Under the pieces are notes generated by a model that saw only the letters and a list, made by a program, of their open reading frames with translations, did no database searches and was not told the origin of the DNA. Shown in pieces: positions 1-9,920 of a stretch of DNA of 38,822 bases. This DNA comes from a candidate division WOR-3 bacterium. GTDB lineage: Bacteria; Hydrothermota; UBA3072; B12-G15. The stretch lies in contig CBFGJG010000016.1 of NCBI GenBank assembly GCA_965649055.1, forward strand, positions 1 through 38,822, read 5' to 3'. Each line of letters opens with the position of its first letter. The stretch's first letter is position 1. The position numbers and the translations under genes are program-made.

Positions 1-530
1 CAACAAGGATGACTTATACAACAAAATATGGTGATTACACCCTTTATTTTAAGCTATCAAGCAGCGATGAATGGTATAAGTGGGCAGATGAGAATGGAGA
101 TGTCTGGTCATGTCCTGTAAAAGCAGATAAGAATTATTGTATCCTTATAGGTAATGATGGATACATTAATTATTATACACTAACAGAAGATAATAAGAAT
201 GGTCCAAAGGTATGTTTTCTTAATGGTTCGGATAAGAAGGTTAAGAGGATGGAGATATCAAAGAACTGGAAGAGTAATGTTCAGGCATACTGTGTAGATT
301 TTGAGCCTAACGACATTTCAAATTTTGTTACATTTTCAAAAGGTAGTTACAGTATGTTCTGGCAATTTCCATTCCAGGTAAAAGATGATGATTATTATTA
401 TTATCCTAATGATGACAGGACAGGAAAGGAGATATTCAAATTTGTTGATGGTGAATATGACCTTTTCTTAATATACACAAAAGGTGATGCAGAATACGGG
501 GTCCTTTACGAAATAACACCACAGGATTAA
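1..530 (+). CDS. Hypothetical protein, probably the C-terminal part of a gene starting before the window
   Basis: The frame of ORF 9..530 stays open to the window edge. Aromatic/Asp-rich, beta-rich-looking sequence; no family recognised. Confidence 0.6.
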   Translation, partial: TRMTYTTKYGDYTLYFKLSSSDEWYKWADENGDVWSCPVKADKNYCILIGNDGYINYYTLTEDNKNGPKVCFLNGSDKKVKRMEISKNWKSNVQAYCVDFEPNDISNFVTFSKGSYSMFWQFPFQVKDDDYYYYPNDDRTGKEIFKFVDGEYDLFLIYTKGDAEYGVLYEITPQD

Positions 531-573
531 AAGATTTATATATTTTAGGTTAAAATAAATCTAAAAATTTTAC

Positions 574-601
574 TTGCAAAAAATTTATTTTGTGTTAATA
601 T
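574..601 (+). promoter_or_regulatory. Sigma70-type promoter of the MCP gene (predicted leaderless)
   Basis: TTGCAA(574-579)-N16-TAATAT(596-601)-N6-ATG(608); no SD. Confidence 0.6.
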
Positions 602-607
602 AATTCT

Positions 608-2290
608 ATGAAAAATAAATTTATAAGAAAATACATCTGGGGTACAAATCTGATATCAATTGTATGTATATTTGTATTGATAATTATCCTACTTCCATTT
701 TATGTAAAAATGAACCAACAAGAATTAATTAACTTTATTTTATATGCTGGTGGTATATCTTGTTTTTATGTTATTATATATCATTTCGCTCAAGAGAGAA
801 GATTATATATTGTTTTAAAAAAAGGTAATGTGAAAAATATCTATCTTACACCTTTTTATTCATTTTTACATAAGACTTTTGATTATGTCATAGGTGCACC
901 TGTTCTTTTCTTAATATTCAACAAAATTCTCAATCTTTTACCATGGGATAAATTTATACGTGGAACACTTGTAGTGATTCTCGTAGGCCCTATTGTATCA
1001 TTAATAGTTTATTTCTATGGAGAAGCATTAATAAATGAAGAATTGAAGAAATATAAAGAACCACTTAAAGGTTTTCGTTTATTTTCAAAAATCCTTATTG
1101 TAATGTTTATTGTTATTTTATTTTCTTTCTTTATGGGTATTGTATTTGTGAAATTTAAATTCGCTATAATCTTTTTACTTTTATCATTCATACTCGTCTT
1201 GGTATTTGCACTAAGGATAAAGAATACCATTGAATTTTTATTGATAAACTTTGAAGCCTTCACGTCAGGGAAATTCTCTTTGAATGAGAGATTAAATATA
1301 AAGACAGGGGATGAACTGGATCAAATTGGATATCACTTCAATGCATTCCTTGATATTGTATCAGGTTTTATACAGGATATAAAAAATACAACTGAAAAGA
1401 TGAAAAAGATATCTGAGGTGGTTGCTTCTTCAAACGAAGAGATAACCGCTTCTATTCAACAGATATCTTCAAGTCTTGAAAATCTTAATAATGAAATTGG
1501 TCAGTCATCACAGGAACTGAAGATGTTAAGGGATAATGCTGAAGCAGTTAACGCTATGGCAGAGAATATGGAATCTCAGACAATGATGTTAAAGAAGATT
1601 GCGGAAGAATCAGAAAAAATAGCAATTGAGGGAATAAAGGGTATTGAAGATGTTTTAAAAACAATAGAGTCAAATATAAGGTCTGTTGGAGAGATAAATC
1701 AAAAGATGTCTTCTCTTATTTCTTCAAGTGATGAAATAGTTGGATTCGCAAATATGATAAACGATGTTGCTGAAGATACTGACCTTCTTGCCCTGAATGC
1801 TTCAATTGAAGCAGCAAGGGTTGGAGAAATGGGTAAAGGATTTTCTGTTATCGCAGAAGAGATCAGGAATCTTTCAAATCTTTCAAGGGATTATCTTACA
1901 AAGGTTAATGATACATTAGAGAAAGTTAAAGGCTCAATAAATGATTTCAAGATTGCAACTGAAAACACCTGGGGAAAGATATCTCAGAATATCGGCTCAC
2001 TTGACAGCATCAGGGAATCCCTGAATAAAATATCCCAGAATATTGCATTAACCACAAATATGACAAATCAGGTTTCCGAGACAATAAAGGAAGAAGTCCA
2101 GAATGTATCGAGTGTTTTTGTAAAACTTGATAATATTGCAAAAAGCATTGCAAATGTCTCAGCAACTGTTCAGGAGATTTCAGCATCAACACAGCAGCAG
2201 ATGGCTTCACTTGAAGAAATCTCTACAATTTCTCAGGATTTATTAAACAGTTCAAAAGAACTGGAAAAAACTATTTCAAAATATATATAA
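608..2290 (+). CDS. Methyl-accepting chemotaxis protein with multi-TM N-terminus and HAMP domain
   Basis: Signalling hairpin [37 protein letters not shown]-like [12 protein letters not shown]; several N-terminal hydrophobic segments. Confidence 0.92.
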   Translation: MKNKFIRKYIWGTNLISIVCIFVLIIILLPFYVKMNQQELINFILYAGGISCFYVIIYHFAQERRLYIVLKKGNVKNIYLTPFYSFLHKTFDYVIGAPVLFLIFNKILNLLPWDKFIRGTLVVILVGPIVSLIVYFYGEALINEELKKYKEPLKGFRLFSKILIVMFIVILFSFFMGIVFVKFKFAIIFLLLSFILVLVFALRIKNTIEFLLINFEAFTSGKFSLNERLNIKTGDELDQIGYHFNAFLDIVSGFIQDIKNTTEKMKKISEVVASSNEEITASIQQISSSLENLNNEIGQSSQELKMLRDNAEAVNAMAENMESQTMMLKKIAEESEKIAIEGIKGIEDVLKTIESNIRSVGEINQKMSSLISSSDEIVGFANMINDVAEDTDLLALNASIEAARVGEMGKGFSVIAEEIRNLSNLSRDYLTKVNDTLEKVKGSINDFKIATENTWGKISQNIGSLDSIRESLNKISQNIALTTNMTNQVSETIKEEVQNVSSVFVKLDNIAKSIANVSATVQEISASTQQQMASLEEISTISQDLLNSSKELEKTISKYI

Positions 2291-2293
2291 CTT

Positions 2294-4636
2294 TTATTTC
2301 TTCTTAATAACGAGTTTTATAACTTCATCAACACTTTCAACAAAATAAAACTTCATATCTTTCTTAACAGATTCTGGGATGGTCTCTATATCCTTCTTGT
2401 TTTCATTAGGTAGTATAACATTTTTTATACCTGCAAGTTTTGCTGCAAGGACTTTCTCTTTTATACCACCGACTGGAAGGACTTCCCCTTTTAATGTAAT
2501 CTCTCCTGTCATGGCAAAATCAGGTGAAACCGGTTTTTCAACAAGCGTTGAGAATATTGATATGAAAATAGTTATTCCAGCTGATGGACCATCTTTTGGT
2601 ATCGCACCTTCCGGTATATGAACATGAATGTCATATTTATCGAAGAAATCAGGGTCAATGTTGAATCTTTTTGCATTTGCCCTTATATAAGAGAGTGCTG
2701 CCTGTGCAGATTCCTGCATAATCTGTCCGAGTTGACCTGTTAATATTAGACTCTTCTTACCTTTCATCTTATTTGTTTCAACAAATAAAACCTCTCCACC
2801 AAAAGGCGTCCAGGCAAGTCCTGTGGCAACGCCAATGTTTGGTTTTTCAAGCCTTTTTTCTTTTATTATCTTAACAGGTCCAAGGAATTCATTCAAATTC
2901 TTCAAAGTTATATTATAACTACCTTTCTTACCCATACTTTTCAATTTTGCAATCTTCCTCGCTATCTTTCCAATCTCTCTTTCAAGATTCCTTACCCCTG
3001 CCTCCCTTGTATAACCTGTTATTATGGACTCAATAATATCATCACTCAACTTCAAATCATTCTTTGTAAGACCGTTCTCTTTTATCTGTCTTGGAACAAG
3101 ATACTTCTTTGCAATCATTATCTTTTCTTCAATTGTATAACCCGGTATTGTTATTATCTCCATCCTATCCCTTAAAGCAGGTGGAATTGTATCCACTATA
3201 TTTGCAGTGGTAATAAACATCACATGTGAAAGGTCAAATGGAACATCTATATAATGGTCTACAAAAGAATGGTTCTGTTCAGGATCAAGAACCTCAAGTA
3301 ATGCACTTGCAGGGTCTCCTCTAAAGTCTGTTCCAACTTTATCCACCTCATCCATCATAAAAACTGGATTTTTTGAACCAGCTCTTTTTAAACTCTGTAT
3401 TATCCTTCCTGGAATTGCACCCACATATGTCCTTCTATGACCTCTTATCTCTGCCTCATCCCTTACCCCACCAAGTGAGATCCTTATAAATTTCCTTCCG
3501 AGTGCCTTCGCAATTGATTGTCCAAGTGATGTTTTACCTACACCAGGTGGACCTACAAAACATAGTATAGGGCTTTTAGGGTCTTTTTTCAATTTCCTTA
3601 CAGCAAGAAATTCTAATATCCTTTCTTTTACATCTTCTAAGTCATAATGGTCTTCATCAAGTATTTTTTTAGCCCTGTTTATATCAAGATTATCTTCTGT
3701 CTCTATATCCCATGGAAGGTCAAGTAACCATTCAATATACGTCCTTATAACTGTATATTCTGCAGATTGTGGTGGTATTATTCTCAATCTGTCAAGTTGT
3801 TCCCGTGCTACTTTTTTTGCTTCTTCGTTCATCTTTGTTTTTTTAAGCCTTTTCTCAAGTGTTTTAATAACATTTTCTTCCTCGGACTCCTCGCCAAGTT
3901 CTTTCTTTATCGCCTTTAGTTGCTCTCTTAAAAGGAAATCCCTTTGCACCTTCTCCATCTCTCCTTTTATTTTGTTCCTTAATTCTTCACCGAGTTTCAA
4001 AACATCGAGTTCTTTTGAAAGAAGAGAAATAATTATCTTAAATCTTTCCTTCACATTGAATGTTTCAAGGAGTTTCTGCCTATTTTTAGTATCCATTTTC
4101 ATATTTGACGCTATAAAATCTGCTATCTTTGCAGGGTCTTCTATGTTAAGGATAATCGTTGAAAGATCCTCGGGAAGATAAGGTGATAAACTAACAAGTT
4201 CCTGATATAATTTTATAGCATTGTTAACAAGTGCCTTCAATTCATTATCGTTTTCTACAACATCTTTAATAATCTCTATTTCAGCAGTGTAATATGGTTT
4301 TGTCTGAACAAATTCTTTTATTCTTATTCTTTCAAGACCCTGAACAAGTATTCTCAAAGTCTGGTCTGGAAATCTAAGCATACGAACTATTTTCCCGGCA
4401 GTCCCAATATTGTATATCTCATCCGGATTCGGGACGTCTTTGTTTCCCTTTTGAAGAAACATACCTATAAGCTTGTCTGAATTTAAAACAGTATCGATCA
4501 TCTTTATATTTTGCGGGACTAATATAGAAAGTGGTATAAGGATAGTTGGAAAAGCAACTCCATCTTTCAAAGGTAAAACCGGTAGAATATTTGGGATCAC
4601 TACCTGTTCTTTATCAAGTTTTATTTCCATCTCCAT
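2294..4636 (-). CDS. lon: ATP-dependent Lon protease (LonA)
   Basis: Lon N-domain, Walker A GPPGVGKTS, GHRRTYVGA, catalytic PKDGPSAG; SD AGGAGG. Confidence 0.98.
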   Translation of the reverse strand: MEMEIKLDKEQVVIPNILPVLPLKDGVAFPTILIPLSILVPQNIKMIDTVLNSDKLIGMFLQKGNKDVPNPDEIYNIGTAGKIVRMLRFPDQTLRILVQGLERIRIKEFVQTKPYYTAEIEIIKDVVENDNELKALVNNAIKLYQELVSLSPYLPEDLSTIILNIEDPAKIADFIASNMKMDTKNRQKLLETFNVKERFKIIISLLSKELDVLKLGEELRNKIKGEMEKVQRDFLLREQLKAIKKELGEESEEENVIKTLEKRLKKTKMNEEAKKVAREQLDRLRIIPPQSAEYTVIRTYIEWLLDLPWDIETEDNLDINRAKKILDEDHYDLEDVKERILEFLAVRKLKKDPKSPILCFVGPPGVGKTSLGQSIAKALGRKFIRISLGGVRDEAEIRGHRRTYVGAIPGRIIQSLKRAGSKNPVFMMDEVDKVGTDFRGDPASALLEVLDPEQNHSFVDHYIDVPFDLSHVMFITTANIVDTIPPALRDRMEIITIPGYTIEEKIMIAKKYLVPRQIKENGLTKNDLKLSDDIIESIITGYTREAGVRNLEREIGKIARKIAKLKSMGKKGSYNITLKNLNEFLGPVKIIKEKRLEKPNIGVATGLAWTPFGGEVLFVETNKMKGKKSLILTGQLGQIMQESAQAALSYIRANAKRFNIDPDFFDKYDIHVHIPEGAIPKDGPSAGITIFISIFSTLVEKPVSPDFAMTGEITLKGEVLPVGGIKEKVLAAKLAGIKNVILPNENKKDIETIPESVKKDMKFYFVESVDEVIKLVIKKK

Positions 4637-4644
4637 TGTTCCTC

Positions 4645-5064
4645 CTATTCAATCTTTATCTCTTTTTCAACTATATTTTTCTTGGGAATAACGATCTTCA
4701 AAAAACCATTTTCGTTAGTAGCACTTAGTTTCTCTATTTCAACATCAACAGGGAATCTTATAATCCTTTCAAATTGCCCGAAATCTATCTCCATTGCGTA
4801 ATAATTACAATTTTCTGAAAAAAATGGGTCTTCCCTTTTACCATTTATTATCAGATAATCACTATCAACCTTTATACTAATATCTTCCATTTTAACACCG
4901 GAAACATCAAGAAGTATTATTAAATTCTCATTTGTTTCAATGATATTAACCGGTGGTTTCCATGGATGGCCAAAAACAACAGCCCTTCTTGAATGTAAAA
5001 ATCCATCAAGAAGTTCTTCCATCTCTTTCTCAAACTTTTTTATCTCATCAAATATATCATACAT
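4645..5064 (-). CDS. Hsp20/alpha-crystallin small heat-shock protein
   Basis: WKPPVNIIET, EIDFGQFER, NGFLKIVIPK motifs; directly upstream of lon. Confidence 0.93.
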   Translation of the reverse strand: MYDIFDEIKKFEKEMEELLDGFLHSRRAVVFGHPWKPPVNIIETNENLIILLDVSGVKMEDISIKVDSDYLIINGKREDPFFSENCNYYAMEIDFGQFERIIRFPVDVEIEKLSATNENGFLKIVIPKKNIVEKEIKIE

Positions 5065-5803
5065 ACTTCCTCCTCATTAAATATACATTATCACCTATAT
5101 TTGCACTGAAAAATTTTGCAGCATCACCAAGATTCACACTTATTTCAATTAGGTTATAACTATTAACAAGGGCAAGAATTTCACCTTTTCTAACATCACT
5201 GTACGATTTATAAATTGGAATAATTTTACCCTTGAACCTTACAAAATTCTCATCCTTTATCAATGAAGATTTTATGTTGGTTATAATATTACCAAATTTA
5301 TCTATATGTATAACCTTTCCTTTTATATATCCTTTTTTTATTTCAGGTTCATTCATTTTTAATATCACAGGCTTTTCATACTTTCTTATGTATCTTCTAA
5401 AATCATTTTTTAAGATCTTAACAGCAAAAGGTGCATAAACATCCCTACCAAAAAATGTATTTGAATCACCTTTTTTAAAATCTATCCTGTAAACTTCACC
5501 TAAAACAGGTGTAAGAACACCATTATCAGGTGCAAGAAAAAACCTATTTTTGTAAATGCTCAATATAGGGATTGATTTTTCACCAACAATAGGATCAACA
5601 ACTATTATATTAACTGTATTCTCTGGAAAATATTTGTAATATTCTGATAAAAAGAATGAAGCAGTGTTAATATCTCCACATTTTATATTATGGGTTATAT
5701 CTACTATGTTTACATCTTTTATAGATGATAATATTATCCCTTTCATAATTCCCACATATGGGTCATCGAAACCGAAGTCAGTCATTAATGTCAATATCTT
5801 CAT
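5057..5803 (-). CDS. SAM hydrolase / SAM-dependent halogenase family protein (DUF62), variant active site
   Basis: TLMTDFG, DITH, VVDP, PDNG, TFFGRD, IDKFGN motifs. Confidence 0.9.
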   Translation of the reverse strand: MKILTLMTDFGFDDPYVGIMKGIILSSIKDVNIVDITHNIKCGDINTASFFLSEYYKYFPENTVNIIVVDPIVGEKSIPILSIYKNRFFLAPDNGVLTPVLGEVYRIDFKKGDSNTFFGRDVYAPFAVKILKNDFRRYIRKYEKPVILKMNEPEIKKGYIKGKVIHIDKFGNIITNIKSSLIKDENFVRFKGKIIPIYKSYSDVRKGEILALVNSYNLIEISVNLGDAAKFFSANIGDNVYLMRRKYV

Positions 5804-5809
5804 TTATAA

Positions 5810-5837
5810 AATATATAAAATTTATAAAAATTTGCAA
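5810..5837 (-). promoter_or_regulatory. Sigma70-type promoter of DUF62-hsp20-lon (predicted leaderless)
   Basis: Minus strand TTGCAA-N16-TATATT-N6-ATG(5803). Confidence 0.6.
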
Positions 5838-5840
5838 ACA

Positions 5841-7745
5841 TTAAAACGGAACTATCTCGTAAATAGTTATCTCTTCTGTCTTTCCTCTTATCTTAACCTT
5901 GCCTAAATTTCTTACATTGTAATCATTCTGCAGTCTGTTAAATGTTGTTTCGGAAATAAGTATATTTGTAAGAAATTCCTTGTTTAAAGGTTCTAACCTT
6001 GCCGCCGTATTCACAACATCGCCAATAGCAGTATATTCTATCCTTTTCATAGAACCAACATTCCCTACTATTGCAACACCAGTATTTATACCTATTCCAA
6101 TCTCAAAGTTTCTTCCCCTGTCTTTCTGCCACCTTCTATTTAAGTCCCTTGCCTTTTTTACCATCTCTATAGCAGCTGTAACAGCCTTATCTGCATGACC
6201 TGGGAAATGGATTGGAGCACCAAAGACTGCCATTATACCATCACCAAGGAATTTATCAATCATACCATTGTATGCAAAAATTATGTTAGACATCTCTTCA
6301 AAGTATTCATTCAGTGTGCTAACAACCTTTTCTGGAGGTTCTTTTTCTGAATATCCGGTGTAATCCCTTATATCGCAGAAGAGAACCGTAACTTCTTTCC
6401 TCTCACCTTTTATATAAAGATCTTTTGATGATAAAATCTTTTCAACAACATCAGGTGGAACATATTTGGAAAAAGATTGTCTTAATTTCCTTTTCTCTGC
6501 CTCAACTATTGTTAGCCTAAAACCAAGTCCAATGAGATACGATATAATCATTGTTATTATTGGCCTTGCGAATTCAATTGAATATAAAAATAAAATATAG
6601 ATAAAAATATTTATAAAAACAAAAAATAATAATGATAGGATAAAAATTATTATAGATATTAAAGGTTTTATCTTTATTGCAACAAAGAAAACAAATAAAA
6701 TTAAAATAAATCCTGTAATGTATTCTAACCAGAAAGGTGCAAAATTAACAAAGCAATTGTTTAAAATGTTAAGAATAATATTTGCATGTATCTCTATACC
6801 GGGCATAATTCCAACAGGTGTGTTCTTAAGGTCTGCAAGACCGGATGAAGATGAACCAAGCAAAACTATTTTATCTTTGAAGATATTCATCGGAATTCTC
6901 TCATAAAATACATCCGAGAAGGATATTAAATTAAAACTTTCAAAATTGCAGAGATAGTTAATATTCACATTAAAAAATCTATCTGTTTTTATAACCTTAT
7001 CACCAATACCGATCTTCCCATTACACAGAGAAAGATTTTTGTTTATTGTATTAACAACAGATAGAGAAAATGCAGGTAACAAATTATTATTATAATTCGT
7101 TACAAGTTGCACATTCCTGATAACTCCATCAAAATCAGGATTAACATTTATTATTCCGATTCTTGAATTCCTTAGAAATTCTTCTATTGGTAAGATAATT
7201 CCACTATATACCGGTTCTACTTCTATTTTTTCCTCTATCCTCTGTCTTTCAAGTTTTATCTCTTTCTCTGTCTTTTCATAATTTAAAATTCCAGCAAGAA
7301 CAACCTTCCCTGTCATATTAATAGAGCTTGAAAGATATTGATCAAAAGAGAAGATATTGAGTATAGAATCTATCATATCCTGTTTTACTTTACCTGTCAA
7401 TAATTCCCTGTAGATATTTTTTGTTATATTGTTTAATGTATCAGGCTCTGAAAATATAAAGTCTACCCCTATTACCAGAGGATTCTGAAGGGAAATTTTC
7501 TCTATAACATTTGCAAAATTGTATCTTGGCCAGTTCTGGAACCTGCCAAGTTCATTAAGGGTCTTATCATCAACATCAACTATTAGTATGTTTCCTGGTT
7601 TAAACTCTCTATCCATATTAATATTTTGTTTCAGGTCATAGAATTTTTTTTCTACAGGAAGATGAATACCAGTAAAATCAAAGAATAGATAAAAAACAAG
7701 AAAAGTTATTGCTACTAATATAACAATTGGTAAATTTTTTTTCAT
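5841..7745 (-). CDS. CHASE2-domain class III adenylate/guanylate cyclase
   Basis: CHASE2 motifs (IVDVDD, WPR, DFDGVIR, PGIEIHA), three TMs, cyclase motifs VLFCDIRDYT, DKFLGDG, YTAIGDVVNTAARLE. Confidence 0.93.
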   Translation of the reverse strand: MKKNLPIVILVAITFLVFYLFFDFTGIHLPVEKKFYDLKQNINMDREFKPGNILIVDVDDKTLNELGRFQNWPRYNFANVIEKISLQNPLVIGVDFIFSEPDTLNNITKNIYRELLTGKVKQDMIDSILNIFSFDQYLSSSINMTGKVVLAGILNYEKTEKEIKLERQRIEEKIEVEPVYSGIILPIEEFLRNSRIGIINVNPDFDGVIRNVQLVTNYNNNLLPAFSLSVVNTINKNLSLCNGKIGIGDKVIKTDRFFNVNINYLCNFESFNLISFSDVFYERIPMNIFKDKIVLLGSSSSGLADLKNTPVGIMPGIEIHANIILNILNNCFVNFAPFWLEYITGFILILFVFFVAIKIKPLISIIIFILSLLFFVFINIFIYILFLYSIEFARPIITMIISYLIGLGFRLTIVEAEKRKLRQSFSKYVPPDVVEKILSSKDLYIKGERKEVTVLFCDIRDYTGYSEKEPPEKVVSTLNEYFEEMSNIIFAYNGMIDKFLGDGIMAVFGAPIHFPGHADKAVTAAIEMVKKARDLNRRWQKDRGRNFEIGIGINTGVAIVGNVGSMKRIEYTAIGDVVNTAARLEPLNKEFLTNILISETTFNRLQNDYNVRNLGKVKIRGKTEEITIYEIVPF

Positions 7746-7810
7746 AATAATATATTATACACAAAATAAATAAGTCAATACTTATTTGTAATAAATTATA
7801 TCATTTTATC

Positions 7811-7838
7811 TTGACAAATTTAATTAAGTGTATATTTT
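7811..7838 (+). promoter_or_regulatory. Promoter of the tRNA-Ile unit
   Basis: TTGACA(7811-7816)-N16-TATTTT(7833-7838), ending 9 nt before the tRNA. Confidence 0.6.
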
Positions 7839-7847
7839 TTAATAACC

Positions 7848-7921
7848 GGGCCCATAGCTCAGATGGTTAGAGCGCGCGGCTGATAACCGCGAGGTGGATG
7901 GTTCGACTCCATCTGGGCCCA
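7848..7921 (+). tRNA. tRNA-Ile (GAT)
   Basis: Acceptor GGGCCCA/TGGGCCC, anticodon arm CGCGG-CTGATAA-CCGCG, T-loop GTTCGAC; CCA not encoded. Confidence 0.97.
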
Positions 7922-7943
7922 TAAAATTTTTAAGAGGTATTAT

Positions 7944-8927
7944 ATGTTAATAATAGTTATTTCATTATGGAGTAACGTATATATAACTGGTAATCCTGTT
8001 ATAACAAAAGATTTAGAACAGGGTTTTATATTACCATCACTTTTATATAAATATAATGATTGTTTCTTCCTTGAAACAGGTTTTATTGAAAATTATGGTG
8101 TTAAGCTCTCCCTCCCAAATGAATTTGGTTTTATTGGCGTAAGATTTACTAAAGGCTTAAATTACAATTGGGATGTTACTGATCCATTTTTTGAGATTGT
8201 TTACGGATATCAATTTTTCGGACTGGGTTTAAACTATGCAAATTTCAGGAACGAAGAACAAAATTCTCTTTTAGAAAGAAAAACATATGGTGGAACAGTC
8301 TCTTTCAACTTATTTGATTTTGTTATTGCTCTTAAAGTTTACAAATATTTTTACAATGACAAAAGGGTCTGGGGTATTGAAAGAAATAGAAACAATTATT
8401 CATATGATGCAAACATTATATATTCAAGGGATTTTATTACACCATTCTTCCATTACTCACATAATGATTTCTCATTTGAAGAGGCGAATATTGTTGATAC
8501 AAGTTTTACAGAATCTAAAGTAGATAGTATGATACTTGGTGTTGGATTAAATTTAAGTGTAAATGATTTTGTTAATTTTATACTTATACCCAATATAAAC
8601 ATTTATTCCGAAAAAGAGGATGAGAATTCCTTAACAAGAAGATGTCTTTCTGTTAATGGAGGGTTTGATATAAGATTTAAATTCATAAAATTCCTTTTTG
8701 GTATGAATGGAAGCTTACAGCAAATATTGGAAAAACAGGATACAACTTTACTAACTGATTATAGTCAGAACATAAATTATAGAACTGGAATTTTCTTCCT
8801 GGTTAAAGAATTTGACTTTGGCTTTGTCCTTAATAATAATTTCTTCTCTCAAGGACCTTATTTTATAAGTGGGATACCTTTAGACCCTGTAGTAGAATTC
8901 GGAATTACCTGGAGATTTAAAGATTAG
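7944..8927 (+). CDS. Hypothetical protein, probable outer-membrane beta-barrel
   Basis: 327 aa ORF with SD GAGGT; alternating aromatic beta-strand pattern; C-terminus EFGITWRFKD. Confidence 0.65.
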   Translation: MLIIVISLWSNVYITGNPVITKDLEQGFILPSLLYKYNDCFFLETGFIENYGVKLSLPNEFGFIGVRFTKGLNYNWDVTDPFFEIVYGYQFFGLGLNYANFRNEEQNSLLERKTYGGTVSFNLFDFVIALKVYKYFYNDKRVWGIERNRNNYSYDANIIYSRDFITPFFHYSHNDFSFEEANIVDTSFTESKVDSMILGVGLNLSVNDFVNFILIPNINIYSEKEDENSLTRRCLSVNGGFDIRFKFIKFLFGMNGSLQQILEKQDTTLLTDYSQNINYRTGIFFLVKEFDFGFVLNNNFFSQGPYFISGIPLDPVVEFGITWRFKD

Positions 8928-8999
8928 GGGGCGTAGCTCATTTGGTAGAGCACCTGCCTTGCACGCAGGAGGTAAGCGGTTCGAGTCCGCTCGCCTCCA
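8927..8999 (+). tRNA. tRNA-Ala (TGC)
   Basis: Acceptor GGGGGCG/CGCCTCC with the G3:U70 Ala identity pair, anticodon arm CCTGC-CTTGCAC-GCAGG, T-loop GTTCGAG; CCA tail not encoded. Confidence 0.97.
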
Positions 9000-9008
9000 T
9001 TTTTTATT

Positions 9009-9920
9009 ATGAAAATAGGTGTAATAAGATTATCTTCGCTCGGAGATATTGTTTTTCTTACCCCATTTCTTGAAAATCTCAGAAAGATTTATCCGGATGA
9101 TCAGTTATTTCTTTTCACTGAAGAAATTTATAAAAGCCTGTTTACTGATGATAAAAGGATTAATTATGTTCTTTCAGAACCTGTGAATGAAAAATTTGAT
9201 TTAATTTATGATATGCACAGGACAGGAAAATCCAAAAGATTTCTCAAAAGACTCAGGTTTAAAGATTATAAGACACTGAATAAAAGGGATTTTGAAAGAA
9301 GATTCATGATTCTAACCAAAATAAGGTTAAAAATTCCAGATGTTATCGACAGGTATCTCGAAGTATTAAAGGAATTTAACCCGGAAAGAAAAAATCCTGA
9401 ATTTTTTATAAATAAAAAAGATCTAAGAATTGCTGAGAATGAATTAAGAAAATATAGAAGGCCTTTTATAGGCATATTTCCAGGTGCAAAGAAGAAATCA
9501 AGAAAATGGAAATTTTACAAAGAATTATCACATTTAGTTAAAGGTTCTGTTTTTTTATTCGGTTCAAAATCGGAAGAAGAAGAGTATTCATATATAAAGA
9601 ATGAAAAAAGTTTTTTTGGACTACCTTTTAATCTCTTAAAAGCATATCTTTCTTTAATGGATATTGTTATAGGTAATGATTCAGGGGCTGTCCATCTTGC
9701 GCAAGCTGTTGGAACAGAAGCTATTATGATATATGGTTCTTCTATTCCTGAGTTTGGATTTAAACCATTTTATGGTGGTTATATTTCAAAGAATCTACCT
9801 TGTAAACCCTGCTCTTTACATGGAATAGACTACTGCCCTTTTCAATTCAAATGCAATGAGATGATTAAACCAGAAGAAGTTTTAGAGAAGGTTCAAGAAA
9901 AGTTGAAGGTTTATGACTGA
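9009..9920 (+). CDS. Glycosyltransferase family 9 (LPS heptosyltransferase-like)
   Basis: IRLSSLGDIV, GNDSGAVHLA, C-terminal CKPC...C...C. Confidence 0.9.
   Translation: MKIGVIRLSSLGDIVFLTPFLENLRKIYPDDQLFLFTEEIYKSLFTDDKRINYVLSEPVNEKFDLIYDMHRTGKSKRFLKRLRFKDYKTLNKRDFERRFMILTKIRLKIPDVIDRYLEVLKEFNPERKNPEFFINKKDLRIAENELRKYRRPFIGIFPGAKKKSRKWKFYKELSHLVKGSVFLFGSKSEEEEYSYIKNEKSFFGLPFNLLKAYLSLMDIVIGNDSGAVHLAQAVGTEAIMIYGSSIPEFGFKPFYGGYISKNLPCKPCSLHGIDYCPFQFKCNEMIKPEEVLEKVQEKLKVYD

Noticed and set aside
8997..8999. Apparent encoded CCA end of tRNA-Ala
   Set aside because: These bases are acceptor positions 71-72 plus the discriminator, not the CCA tail.
7848..8999. Integrated element between the two tRNAs
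   Set aside because: No integrase and no duplicated tRNA 3' end (att repeat).
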